Below the pieces are notes generated by a model. That model saw only the letters and a list, made by a program, of their open reading frames with translations, had not been told where the DNA came from and searched no databases. Below, one piece after another: positions 1-13,131 of a stretch of DNA of 64,000 nucleotides (its first letter is position 1; the number at the start of each line of letters is the position of its first letter). The DNA is from Eledone cirrhosa. Taxonomy: Eukaryota. Made by a program: the position numbers and the translations under genes. The stretch spans positions 295,492,001 through 295,556,000 of the forward strand of contig OZ024742.1 in assembly GCA_964016885.1 (NCBI GenBank), written 5' to 3'.

Positions 1-335
1 TGGTCAATTATATGTAGGATGCTCTAGGGTGAGCTCCCCAAACAATCTCTTCATCTTTGCTCCGGAGGGCCGAACAAAAAATATTGTATACTCTGAGGCT
101 CTAACAATGTAATTTAAATATTTTCTGTTACTTGGAATTTCCATTATGGTTGTACAAATTATTGTTTGTTAAAAAATGTCTTCTCTGTTCAGCCTTTATT
201 GTTGTAACTATCAATTTTCTTTAACATACTGTCTGCTGAACTGGGGAAACCTAAAAACTATTCAAACCCAACACCAGAGCACGTTAACCCCCCCCCCCCC
301 TGCTGACTTGAGAGGGCGTGTGGTATCTTTGCACT

Positions 336-369
<34 letters not shown>

Positions 370-437
370 GGGGGGGGGGTTCTGAAAAGATAAAATGCCG
401 GTTACCTAGCCGGGCGCCAGCCGGACGGGCCAACTAG
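1..437 (+). mobile_element. Possible 3' end of a non-autonomous Helitron
   Basis: GC-rich subterminal segment (gccgggcgccagccggacgggc) followed by CTAG|T at 434-438, the Helitron 3' signature; hairpin imperfect and the 5' end lies outside the window. Confidence 0.3.
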
Positions 438-504
438 TATAATATATACATGATGATGATACACATATATATACATATATATTATATATATATATATATA
501 CATA

Positions 505-2160
505 TATGGCCAATCTGGGCTGTATCAGTGATGTTAATCCCCAACACACTATATCAGACATAACGTTTGGCGCCCCTGATGTCTTAGCGGCAATAAACAA
601 AATTAAACACAATTCAGCAGTAGTCCCCAACAGGTTCCCTGCTTGAGTTCTGAAGGTGTGTCGACACCAACTTGCATCTCCTCTTGCTAATCTGTGGAGG
701 AACTCACTGGATACTGGCTATATTCCTGAAAACTTTCTGTCCCAGTACGTTGTACCAGTCTTCAAAAAGGGAAATAAGTCCCTTGCAGTGAATTACCGTC
801 CAATCTCACTCACCTCTCATATTATCAAGGTATTTGAGAGGGTGGTGAGATCACGAATAACCCACTTTCTTGAAAGCAACAGCCTGCTGTACAACAACCA
901 ACATGGGTTCCGTAAAGGAAGGGACTGCCTAATGCAGCTCCTGCATCACTTTGACGATGTTTTGAGAGCCTTGGGAGAGGGCTCCAACACTGATGTCATC
1001 TATCTTGATTTCAGCAAGGCCTTTGACAGGGTTGATCATAAGATTCTACTGAAAAAACTATCCAATATTGGTGTCTCTGGAAAGTTACTACAGTGGATCA
1101 AATGTTTCCTGACAGACAGAACCCAACATGTAGCCAAAGGAGTAAAATCAAGCCCTGCCAAAGTCAGCAGTGGCGTTATTATTACTGACATCATCAAGCA
1201 CAGCAACGTAAGAATCTTCGCAGATGATTCCAAGCTCCAAAGGGTCATCAATGAGGTGGGTGACCGGACTTGCCTTTAGTCAGATCTACTGGCTGTTATC
1301 CAATGGGCAGAAAAGAATAATATGCTGTTGAATTAGGATAAGTTTGAATTAATCCACTTTGGAAAAAGGGATGCCCTGAAACTACCATACTCTCTTTCTT
1401 CGGGTGAAACTCTAGTGGCATCCAATAACATCAGAGACCTGGGAGTAATTGTGGACAACAACATAAGCTGGGCCACTCATATAAACAGTAAAGTTGATAT
1501 GGCCCGCAGAGTGTGTTCCTGGATTCTCAGAACTTTCCAGTCGGGAGATATTCACACTATTATCCTTCTCTTCTCCACTTTTGCCCGACCCCCACCTTGA
1601 ATACTGAAAGTATCATGAAAGTTGAAGTACCCTAAAGATCGAATACAAAAAAGATAGATGGCATGACAGGCCATGTCTATTGGAGTAGATTAGAAAAGCT
1701 CAACCATTATTCTCTCCAACGTCACCGTGAACGCTACATTATCTGCATGATGTGAAAAATATTCCATCAGCTTTGCCCAAATGATGTTGGCATCACCTTT
1801 AATGTACACCCAAGTCTTGGGCCCCGTGCTATCCACTCCTGACAAAAATCTCACTCGCATCTTATAACAACAATACAACACAATTATTTCACCTCAATTG
1901 GCCCCGCTCTCTTTAACATTACACCAACACACATTAAAACAGAAACAGACCCCATCAAGTTGAAGAAGTCTTTGGACAAATTCCTTCAATAAATCCCGGA
2001 TAAGCCTCCTACACCCGGATATGCCTCTGTAAACAATAACTCTCTAATTAAGTGGGCCATGGTACCCAAATCCTGATTTTAAAGACGTCGCCAGGTGGTG
2101 CTATTAAGTTAGACATGGCCTGGGCCAATACTGGCCAAAACCTATCAAAGTTAAAGTTAT
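505..2160 (+). mobile_element. Decayed 5'-truncated CR1/L2-group LINE, reverse transcriptase region
   Basis: ORF 656-1279 has PVFKKG..NYRPISLTS..KVFERVV, QHGFRKGR, YLDFSKAFDRVDH and FADDSKL; continues with RDLGVIVD (1415-1600); multiple stops and a deletion; flanked by TA repeats. Confidence 0.88.
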
Positions 2161-2200
2161 TATATATATACATATATATATTATATATACATATATATTA

Positions 2201-2231
<31 letters not shown>

Positions 2232-2258
2232 TATATATATATATATATATGTATTATG

Positions 2259-2420
2259 TGAAGGTGCATGGTTAAATAATTGGATTTGCAATCATGAGGT
2301 TGTGAGTTCAATTACTAGACCGGGTGATGCATTATTTCCTCGAGCAAGACACTTTATCTCGCATTGCTTCTTCTACCTGGATTTCTTCCATCTGATTTGA
2401 CGAAAGTCAATTGTCTATCG
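2259..2420 (+). mobile_element. tRNA-derived SINE (family 2), degenerate
   Basis: gaaggtgcatggtt..gagttcaatt..cgagcaagacactttat; similar to copies at 19592, 32484 and 46794. Confidence 0.65.
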
Positions 2421-2479
2421 ATCAATACATATCATATATATTAGATATCATCATCATCATTTCATGTCCATTTTCCACG

Positions 2480-2526
<47 letters not shown>

Positions 2527-2601
2527 TAAAAGTATATCACATCCATGCTACTTATGATACAACTTGTCCTATGCTGTAACAACTCTTCTGCCAATTCGCA
2601 G

Positions 2602-2667
2602 TGTCAAGTTCAAATACCACACACATTTAAGTGAAGATGCCTATGATACACTGGTGTCCCTGACAGG
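2602..2667 (+). CDS. Candidate host-gene internal exon (VKFKYHTHLSEDAYDTLVSLTG)
   Basis: Acceptor cgcag|, donor |gtgaga; 66 nt; only one frame open (phase 2-2); non-repetitive context. Protein not recognised. Confidence 0.35.
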
Positions 2668-3343
2668 GTGAGATTTTATTCTTAGTTCCTTTAATACCAT
2701 TGCAAAACAAGTGATAAGCATTGGCTCACTGGATCAAAAGAATTCTTTGGAAGGACATCCAATATTAGAATAATTTCTTTTTGGTTAATAACACTTTTAT
2801 TTATATATATATATGAAGCAACTCAAGGTGGAAAAATATGATATTCTATTTTTTTCTATGTTATAAATCTGGTGGTTTATATCCATTATTATCTGGCACT
2901 GCCGCATAAGAAATGTAATATAAAGTTCTGCTATCTGTATTTGGAGAGTACATTACCAATATTGACAGAAGATATATTTCATAAATAATACGGATATCGA
3001 CAGCTATCACAAATTTTTAATATTTCAAATGCAATATGCTCTGCATTATATATATATTTATGACAATGACATATATATCATCAAAATCGTCACCATCAAA
3101 TATAATATGACTTCTCATATATATATATATATATATATAAAAACAAATAACGAAACGAAATTAAATTATATATACATATATAATTATATATGTATATATA
3201 TATAATTATATATACATAGACACAAACACACTCACACATGTATATATATATTATACACACGCACACATATATATCATAGATTCAAATCAAATAAAAAAAT
3301 TATGCAAACAAAATATAGAAAACAATTTTCTCATAGTATCTAG

Positions 3344-3395
<52 letters not shown>

Positions 3396-3396
3396 G

Positions 3397-3466
<70 letters not shown>

Positions 3467-3518
3467 GTATAATATATATATATAGATATATATTGTCAGC
3501 TGTAATATATTCCATCAG

Positions 3519-3576
3519 ATTTAACACAAGAATATGGAACATATTCTTCAATAAACAGCCCAGCAAACTTCACTAA
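3519..3576 (+). CDS. Candidate terminal exon (FNTRIWNIFFNKQPSKLH*)
   Basis: Acceptor ttccatcag|; the phase-2 frame is compatible with exon 2602-2667; stop TAA at 3574-3576. Confidence 0.3.
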
Positions 3577-3689
3577 GTTTCCTTATAATGTTGCAGATAT
3601 GAAATGAATAGTTTTATTACCAAACATAGCACTAGTGCTGTATGTAACATGGAATAACTTCAATTTATAATAATACTGATAATAATAAT

Positions 3690-3990
3690 TGTTTCTACTT
3701 TTGGCACAAGGCCAGCAATTATCCCAGTGCATTACTGGTACTTTATTTTATCGACCCCTTAAGGATGAAAGGAAAGGTAAACCTCAGTGGGATTTGAACT
3801 CAGATTCTAAAGGGCCATAACTCTATGCTGCAAAACATGCCGTCCAACCTTCTGCCGATTGAAAGAAACAATAATTGTTTCTACCTTGAGGCACAAGGCC
3901 AGCAATTAACCAGTACATTACTGGTACTTTATTTTATCAACCCCGTAAGGATGAAAGGCAAAGTTAACCTCAGCGGGATTTGAACTCAGA
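3690..3990 (-). mobile_element. Two tandem tRNA-derived SINE (family 1) copies
   Basis: Two copies of tttctac..ggcacaaggccagcaatt..actggtactttatttt..accc..aaggatgaaagg..ggatttgaactcag (B-box gagttcaaatcc on the minus strand); matches the intact copy at 15759-15945. Confidence 0.8.
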
Positions 3991-4541
3991 TTGAAAGAAA
4001 CAATAATGCAATGTCAATAGATATGCCAAGTAATTTTAATAGACCTCCGCTGCTCAGATAGACCAGGCGAGGGGCACACATTCTCGCACAGGTCAAAGAC
4101 CTGCATCTCCATGTGCACAGGTTGAAGCATACATCTAGCATGCACCACCTTCCCCTCCATCACCCCTTCCATACATCTCTCATGTCGTAACACTCCACCT
4201 ACATCTTAATAACTCACGCCCTTAGATCTACCCCGCTATCTGCACATACTTCCCCTCCAAGCCCCTACTCCACACAGTAAAGTGTCGGTGTCACAACAAA
4301 AAGTATCCAGTGTACACTGTAAATATGGCGTTAGGAAGGGCATCCAACTGTAGAAACCAAACCCAAAACAGTTCTGTATGAACAAGATATAGTCTTCTGA
4401 CCTGGCTTGTATCACAAGACAAATCGTCTAATTCATGGTAACATGGACGTTAAACGGTGATTATATACATATATATATATATAGGGACTCACTGGGACAC
4501 ACACATACACACACATGCATATATATATATATATATATATA

Positions 4542-4581
<40 letters not shown>

Positions 4582-5047
4582 TATAGATGTGTGTGTGTGT
4601 GTCTGTGTCTTTATATACATTTATGTCAATGTTTGTGCTTACATTTACTGTTTGTTTATGTACTTCAACTTAATAGTTTGATAAAAATATATCGAGAAAA
4701 TAAGGACCTGCAACTCCTGATGGAGTCATAGGGCAAGGTCATGAGACAGCATGTTTTGGGCATTTTAAACCTGGTAAACCCATCCCTCTCCATATCTAAT
4801 CATACCCAATTTCTGAGATAGATAAATAAAATTGATAGATAGATAGTGAATGAAAGAAAGGGAAAGTTGCGAATAATTTAGCCCAATACTGGACTGGTTT
4901 TTTATTTATTGGTTTTGAAAGGATGAAAGGCAAAGTCATCCTCTGCGGGATTGGAACCCCCAAAACAAAAATCAGTAATGAATATCACAAAGCATTCTGA
5001 CATTTTAACAACTCTGCTAATCCATTGCTTATAAGAATGGATAGGTA

Positions 5048-6660
5048 TAGAAGGCAATGTAGATAGATATACACAAGGCAATGTAGATAGATATACACAA
5101 GGCCATTTAGATAGATATACACAAGGCCATTTAGATAGATATACACAAGGCAATTTAGATAGATATACACAAGGCCATTTAGATAGATATACACAAGGCA
5201 ATTTAGATAGATATACACAAGGCCATTTAGATAGATATACACAAGGCAATTTAGATAGATATACGCAAGGCAATTTATCTAGATATACCACTATTGGCCG
5301 CTAAAGGGTTCTCTCTAAAAATGAAAGGCAGGCTGTATGATGCCTGCATCCGAACAGCAATGTTACATGGCAGTGAGACCTGGGCATTGTGTGCAGAGGA
5401 TATACGCAGACTGGAGAGGAATGAAGCTTGCATGCTCCACTGGATGTGTAATAGTAATATACGTGAATGGCAAATCATAAACGAACTAAGGGAGAAATTA
5501 GGAATAAGAGTGATCAGTTGTTGTTTACTCGAGAGAAGACTACGTTGGTATGGTCACGTGATGCGCATGAAAGACGACAGCTGTATAAAAAAGTGCAGGG
5601 CGATAAAAATAGACGGTAGCCACGGAGTAGGCAGACCCAGAAAAACCTGGGACGACTTGATAAATTCCGACCTCACACACTTACACCGCTCCAAGACAAT
5701 GTCACTGGACCAAGATCTTTGGCGCTACACAGTAATACAGAAAACCCGCCTTGCCTAAGTACAAAGCAAAACCCACAGTCAGTAGGTACCTCTAACAAAA
5801 ATACACCCCCCCCCCCCCTTAAATGTGAAGTTATGTTGGTACCACAACATACAGTCCGAAACAAATGAGGTCGTGTAGGTGTCACAACAAAAAAACACAC
5901 AGTTCACGCTGTAATGTGGCCGTGTAGGTAACACGGTAAAAACCTCCCAGTCCACACTGTAAACGTGGTTAGTGTTAGGAAGGGCATCCAGCCGTAGAAA
6001 ACCCGCCAGACAGTCCTATACGAGCAGGACAATCAAGTGGGAAAACTCCCGTCCAAACCCATGCAAGCGTGGAAGATGGACGTTAAACGATGATGATGAT
6101 GATACACAAGGCAATTTAGATAGATATACGCAAGGTAATTTAGATAGATATACACAAGGCAATTTAGATAAATATACGCAAGGCAATTTAGATAGATATA
6201 TGCAAGGCAATTTAGATAGATATATGCAAGGCAATTTAGATAGATATACACAAAGCAATGTAGATAGATATACACAAGGCAATGTAGATAGATATACACA
6301 AGGCAATTTAGATAGATATACACAAGGCAATTTAGATAAATATATGCAAGGCAATTTAGATAGATATACGTAAAGTAATTTAGATAGATATACGCAAGGC
6401 AATTTAGACAGATATACGCAAGGCAATGTAGATAGATATATGCAAGGCAATTTAAACAGATATATGCAAGGCAATTTAGATAGATATACGCAAGGCAATG
6501 TAGATAGATATACACAAGGCAATGTAGATAGATATACACAAGGCAATGTAGATAGATATACACAAGGCAATGTAGATAGATATACGCAAGGCAATTTAGA
6601 TAGATATACGCAAGGCAATTTAGATAGGTGTGAAAGCAATTTAGATAGATAAGGCAATTT
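5048..6660. repeat. 24-bp minisatellite (agatagatatacacaaggcaattt)n, split by a LINE insertion
   Basis: About 10 units at 5048-5288 and about 23 units at 6102-6660; produces the spurious TQGNLDRY / LSKLPCVY ORFs. Confidence 0.95.
5285..6103 (+). mobile_element. RTE-clade LINE family A, 5'-truncated
   Basis: ORF 5294-5758 ([26 protein letters not shown]); 3' UTR ends ccatgcaagcgtggaa..ggacgttaaac(gat)n. Confidence 0.93.
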
Positions 6661-6894
6661 AAAAAAAAATATATATATAAGACAATTTAGATAGATAGCA
6701 ATATAGATAAATATAGAAAGTGATATATATAGATCATCATCATTGTCATTTTAATGTCCGCTTTCTTTTGCTAGCAACGGTTGGACGTATCTACTTAGAT
6801 TGAGTCAGAACTGAACTGGAGTCACCGATCTCCCAGTCAGGCCAGAGATCTGTCTCGCTTTATGTATGGTCGATGCTTTATCAACTGTACAGGA

Positions 6895-7275
6895 GAGGTT
6901 CATGTCTTTGACACAACTAAGGGTCCTCCTGACCCTTTGTCTGGCCAGCTTTCTAAGGCTGGATGCCCTTTCTATCACTCATCACTTCACAGCATGTACT
7001 GTGCGCATTTATCATATAGATCACCAACACTAGGAGGTTGTCATGTCTTTTACATGACTGAAGGGCCCTTCTGACCCTTTTCTGGCAAACCCTCTACATC
7101 TGGATACCCTTCCTATCACCAATCACTTTACAGCATGTACTGCGTGTGTTTAATGTGTAGGTCATCAAACACTAGGGAGGATGTCATGTCCTTGACATGA
7201 CTGAAGTGTCCTCCCAACCCTTTGTTCATTTAGCCCCCATGACTGAATCCCTTCCCATCACCAGCCACTTCACAG
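6895..7275 (-). repeat. Three degenerate ~120-140 bp tandem units related to the RTE/SINE 3' region
   Basis: Recurring gtcatgtctt..ctgaag..ccctt..ctggatgccctt..cactt(t/c)acagcatgtactg. Confidence 0.55.
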
Positions 7276-7759
7276 GAAAAGGGGTTGCTGCTAGGAATGG
7301 GTAGGGTGCATGCATGGTGGAGTTGAAGTAGTGATGTAGTGATATTGAGGAAAACTGTTAGAAAGTGCTAGAGGGTGCAGGGGCAGGTGACAATGTATGC
7401 TGTAGGCTGGATCTTCCTCAGCACTGCATAGCACCAGCCCTCTTGGTCTTTAGTCATTTCTGTTGTGAGGTTTAGTTTTAAGATCAGTTTTTAGAACCTC
7501 ATCCCATATTTTCCTGTGTCTGCCTCTTCCACAGGTCACAACCACTGGGGTTTCTCTGCATTTCTTTATGTAGCTGCCATCTTCCATGCACATTACATAC
7601 CCATACCAATGCAGTCTTGCACACTACATCCAATTCCTCTTATGCCAAAAAGGTAATTTAAATAAGTATAAATATACAAAGTAGTATAGATATATAAATG
7701 GCAATATATATATATATATAAATTATATATATATATATATTGTTTACCAATCTAAATTG

Positions 7760-7822
<63 letters not shown>

Positions 7823-8155
7823 ATATATATATATAAATGGAAAAAATGAAACGAAATTCGTACATCTATCTTATATATATATATATATAAATTATATATA
7901 TATATATATATATAAATTATATATATATATATATATAAATTATATATATATATATATAAGTTATATATATATATAAGGCAATTTAGATCGGTAAACAAGG
8001 CAATATAGATAGATACAGAGGGCAGTATAAGACAGTTATAGAAAGATATACTATTCAATTTAAATAGGTACATGAGGCCATAAAGATAGATATATGATAG
8101 CTGTGGTGAAACATGTCACAAACAAAAGTCATCAGAAAGTTTTCTTTTATCTCAG

Positions 8156-8259
8156 AGTTATTTAAGAAATATGATGATAAAAATAAAATCACATCAAATG
8201 AGACAGAGGATGAAAAAGATGAAGAAGATGGTGATGATGATGTGGAGGAAAAGGAATGA
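8156..8259 (+). CDS. Candidate terminal exon with acidic tail (LFKKYDDKNKITSNETEDEKDEEDGDDDVEEKE*)
   Basis: Strong acceptor ttttcttttatctcag|; open 33 codons to TGA 8257-8259; could be low-complexity chance. Confidence 0.25.
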
Positions 8260-8403
8260 GAGGTTTATAAATTTAACTAATATCATTCAGATTCTGCTGA
8301 TTTACTTTGGCATTCTATAGAGAAACAAGAAATTTGTTTCTGCCTTCAGAAACCTGCAAAGATCTTGCCTGGGGTAAATTTGAGATATACTGTGTGATCT
8401 TAA

Positions 8404-8646
8404 CCCTTTGATACCAAAACACCCGAAGCCCCACCAAGTTCGATGATACAAAACTGTTTATTTTAAAATGTTTATATTTATCTAAAAACTTTTCATCAAA
8501 ATTTGTAAGAGATTATGCAAAGTTATGTTCCAAACCCCAACTTAAGTTAGTTATATCACTAAACCCCCCTAAATTATTGAGTATTTTCAGAATGATTTGA
8601 AAATCACTGGCAGTGTCTTTTTATTAGAAATATGTTAATGAATGGG
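8404..8646. mobile_element. piggyBac-like MITE
   Basis: TTAA|ccctttgatacc ... gttaatgaatggg|TTAA; homologous copies at 9587-9811, 9816-10056, 11699-12346, 13750-13960, 49025-49175 and 60847-61010. Confidence 0.7.
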
Positions 8647-9586
8647 TTAAACAGATATCCCTGAAACTGGAGGCAGTAACATAGCTGAATGTTTAAGAAC
8701 ATTGATTCTCAATCATGAGACTATGTGTTCAATTTCATTGCATGGCATCTAGGACATGTGTCTTTTACCAGAATCAACTTGTAAATAGAAATTTAGTAAT
8801 ATAACTAAGTTTCTTTACCATCCAGTTTAAAATAGATACACCATATCTCTGTGTGTAGTAAGAGGCAACTAAAAGGTTTATGACTAAGAAAAATATTCAG
8901 CCATGAAATATTTTTCCCAAAAGGACCCTATAATGATTATGACATTAGTCATGAGACCCACAAAGCTAACTTCGACTGATAGTGAGGCTAACATGATAGA
9001 ATAGATGAGCGCCCACGTTGGCATCACCTGATTTTCAGCTTAGCATATCTGTATAATTGCTGCTTATGAAAGTTTATAATCTTGGGTTCTTGTCTGTTCT
9101 TGAATGGCTTCTGTAGACAGAAACCAGGTTACATAAACCATTAGAGACTCTGCAGGGAAATGTTTTATCAAATGGAAACTAATTTATTACTGAATCTATT
9201 ACTTCAGTTCTTTAATCATATGTAGACCAAATCAAAGTTTTTTTTATATGTTAACCACATGAAACTTAATCTATGTTAATCAAATGAAAGGCTTGTTTTT
9301 GATAGGTTAAGTAAATCAACCATTTTAGTTTTTCATATGTTAACTAAATGGAAGATTTTTTTTTATTATGTACATTAACCAAATGAAAGGGTTTTTATTT
9401 TATATGTTAAGTAAATGCACGTTCTATATATATGTGTGTGTGTGCTAACCAAATGAAAGGATGTTTTCTTTTGGTGCAGCTTAATTACACAAGATAACTT
9501 CTTCACAGAAAGATTACACAAAACAAAAGGATTCAAATGTAACTGAATTAACTGATATTCACAGAGCATGAAGCAAAGCTGCTTAA

Positions 9587-10056
9587 CCATTTTGATACAA
9601 AACTGCTTGAAACTGTTTCTGGTTCTATAATACAAAACTGTCATAAAATTTGTCAAAAACCTTCCATCATGATTTTATGTAAGAACCAAACACCCGTTTA
9701 AGAATGAAAAAGTTAGCTATGTTAGTAAATCTTTCTGAATTCTTGATTATTTACAAAATATTTTGAAAATCATAGGTAGAATAATTCATTAGAAATATGG
9801 TAACAAAAGAGTTAACTCTTTTGATACTAAACTGCCCCTGATTCTACAACACAAAACTGTTAGTTTTAAAATATTTTTATTTATCTAAAAATATTCCATC
9901 AACATTTTATATAAGAAGCTATGTTAAAAAAAACAGTGTAATAAAGAGAAAGTTAGCTATATTATTTAATCCCTAAAAATTCTTGATTATTTTCAAAATT
10001 TCTTGAAAATCAGAGGCAGTGTTTTTTTTATGAGAATGATGGTAATGAAAGGGGAT
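9587..10056. mobile_element. Two head-to-tail piggyBac-like MITE copies sharing a TTAA (9812-9815)
   Basis: ttaa|ccattttgatac..ggtaacaaaagag|ttaa|ctcttttgatac..ggtaatgaaaggg; same internal sequence as 8404-8646. Confidence 0.65.
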
Positions 10057-10246
10057 AATTACTTGAAACAGGAGATAATTACTTGAAACATCCTAGCTTC
10101 TAGATATAATGGTAATAACTAAAATAATGGTGATGACTATAAATCTGAAATCAGAGATAAGATACAATAGTGCTAAACCTGGAGTTATATTTGCATTAGA
10201 TTTACCTTTACCTTAAATCTTCTAATTACACTTCTAGCATAAATCT

Positions 10247-10314
<68 letters not shown>

Positions 10315-10348
10315 AAAGAACACAAGAGCGTCTACAACATCAAAAGAT

Positions 10349-10408
10349 TTTTATTGGCTTACAATGTTTCTTCCTTACGTAACCGTAGGATTCGTCAGAG
10401 CTATAAAA
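10349..10408 (-). ncRNA. Minimal type I hammerhead ribozyme motif in a PLE-like insert (about 10311-10650)
   Basis: Minus strand: ttttat-a-gct CTGACGA a-tcct-acg gtta cgt-a-agga-a GAAA cattg TA agc-ca-ataaaa. Core intact; stem I 3+6 bp; stem II about 7 bp; stem III minimal (ACAUUGU). Confidence 0.7.
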
Positions 10409-10751
10409 GGGGTTTGATTGGTGTTATGGACTCTACCAACCAAACATTCAAGAACAAAGAGTAAAGAGAGTAAAGAGCAAAAGTAGGGGACGATAAGTCT
10501 AATTTTAGTGCGGGAGGGTGGGGTGTGGGTCCTTGTTTACTAGCTGCGGTCATATTCATTCCCGGGAGTCAAGTGGTTAGCTGAACCATAGATGGGGTGG
10601 CGTCGATAGTAGGGTGCAGAGGGTGTGCAGAGGCTACACAAACACAAAGGGCATACAATATATATATATATACATATATATATATACATACACACATATA
10701 TATATACACATATATATATATATACACACATATATATATATACACACACAC

Positions 10752-10804
<53 letters not shown>

Positions 10805-10831
10805 CACACACATACACACACACATGCACAT

Positions 10832-10863
<32 letters not shown>

Positions 10864-12829
10864 GGTTAGTGTTAGGAAGGGTATCAAGCCATAGAAACCA
10901 AGTCCAAATCAGTTCTGTATGAGCAGCAAGACATGGTCATCTATTCAGGCTTGTCTCACAACAGGACAACTTATGTAACCCATGCTAGCATGGAAAAATG
11001 GATATTAAACAGTTATGATGATGATGACGATGTTGATATATCATCACCATTATTATCATTTACATCTGTTTCCATGCTGCAATTGGTTGAACAAGTTAAC
11101 ATGGACTGAAGCAAGATGGGTGAAATAACCATGCCTTGCTCATATGATTTATATTTTGGCATGGTTTCTACAGCTGGATGACTTTCATAAAGCCAGCTAC
11201 TTTACAGAGTTTAACCTACATTGTCTTGATTTGTTTGTCAACCTCTTTGCAGTGCAAATGTAAATTAAAATCAAAGTTCTAATTACTACAGCAGTTTAAT
11301 GAAAATATCGGACACATTTTGATAACAAAATGTATTTGGTGCTTTTGTAAGACAGAAAATATACCTGGAAGGTTTCATAAAATATTAGCCCATATATTCT
11401 TTAGAATAATAATCTATTTTGTTAGATTCAAAATTATATTGTTTAGATAAAACATAGAAGTTTTCAAAATTTTTTTAACAAAGTTTAAGAGAGAAAAATG
11501 CTTTTCCATTTCTAAAGAGACATGATAAAATAAAGAGAAAATATTCCTCCAAGCAGCAAGGAATACAATTATCAAAGAGGAAGAGAAATATGCTTGAAGA
11601 TATAAAGATAATAAAGTTAGAAGAAAAACTGGCAAATATGTTTTCTTCTGTTTACTTTTGCTAAGGAACAGATTGAAAAGATAAAGAATTATGATTAACC
11701 CTTTTGTTACTTTATTTCCAAGAGGAATCAGTTGTAGCGATCAGGAGAGAAGGTTTTGTTGGAATGGAGATGGAATGTGGATGGATGATTTTTGGTGGAA
11801 GAAGCACTAGTAGTTTCAAGTGAAAGCAAACCGTGGAAGAGGAAGACAAAGAGAGAAATGGGTATAGGTGGGAAAAGATGATCTCTTATCCTCACAAATA
11901 TGATAAAGGAAAGGGACAAGAGAACAAATGCTGTACTGGAGTAGACCCATCCAGCCTATGCAAGCATGGAAAAATGAACATAAAAATGAAGATTATGATC
12001 ATGATGATTTCTAATAAATGATTTTCAAATCATACAAAAAATAATCAAGAATTTGGAGGGATTTGTTAATATAACTAAATTTCTCATTATTAAAGGTGGT
12101 GTTTGGAGAACAACAACCCATTTATTAACATATTTATGATAAAAGACACTGCTTAAATTTCCAAATCACTTTGAAAATAAACAAGTATTTGGTGAGATTC
12201 AGTAATATAACTAATATTCATATTAAGTTGGTGTTTAGAACATAACTTAAAATTTCTTGATAAAATTAACATGGAAGATTTTAAAAAATAAATATAAAAA
12301 CTTTAAAAGAAGCAACACAGTTTTAGGTGATTTTATATCAAAAGGGTTAAAGAATCCTTAATTTTGAGTGCTTTTATTTTTCTTAATACATATATAAAGG
12401 TGTTGAATTGGCAGAGTTGTTTGACAAAATGCTTTGCAATAAATATTGCAAAGCGTTTTGTCAAATCCCACCAAAGTCAGTTGTGTTTTTCAAGGTTCAT
12501 AAAATAAAGCCCCTGTCAAGAGTAGTGGAAGGATTGAATTGTTAGAGTATTGGATGAGAAACCATGCATTATTTGTTTCAACTCTTTTTGTTTTGAGTTT
12601 TAAATATTGAGGTGCCCCACTTGGGCACTTGTAGGGGAGTTTACTCCACTGCAAGTATTTGGGCCAGGTCTCTCATTTGAGGATAAGTGCCCACCTTTAG
12701 TCTTAGACGCCCTAGAAAGGCTTATGAATGTTTACCTCTTCCCTCACTAACCAAACAGTAAAAAAACTTTTATAACTAAAAAAGAAATTGCGTGCGTGTG
12801 TGTGTATGTGTGTGTGTCGGTATTCTGTT

Positions 12830-13131
12830 GGTTCTGATGAAGAGTGCTCTTGTTCAACAGAATAACCTGCTCCAGAAATTAGTGTGCTAGTGGCTGAGCA
12901 TGCCATACACACCTATACTTTTAATGCAATCCTCAAGGAGATTCAATGTGACACAATGTGACAGGACTTCCCCTTCAAATTACAGGTACAACACATTTGA
13001 ACCAGCTGGATCAACTGGATCAATATGAAATAAAGAGACTTACTTAAAGACACAATGTACCACCAGGAATTGAATTCATGACCTTATGATTAAGATCCAA
13101 ACACCCCAACCACAAAGGCATGTACCTTCAC
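12830..13131 (-). mobile_element. tRNA-derived SINE (family 2 related), degenerate
   Basis: Minus-strand tRNA-like head (tgaaggtacatgcctttgtggtt..gaattcaattcc) followed by a conserved core with tttatttca. Confidence 0.6.

Noticed and set aside
4902-6657. Repetitive ORFs or a CRISPR-like array
   Set aside because: Contiguous 24-bp tandem units without unique spacers, in eukaryotic context with no cas genes.
12835-12870. CTGATGA followed by a small hairpin
   Set aside because: No GAAA/NUH half; lies at the end of a SINE.
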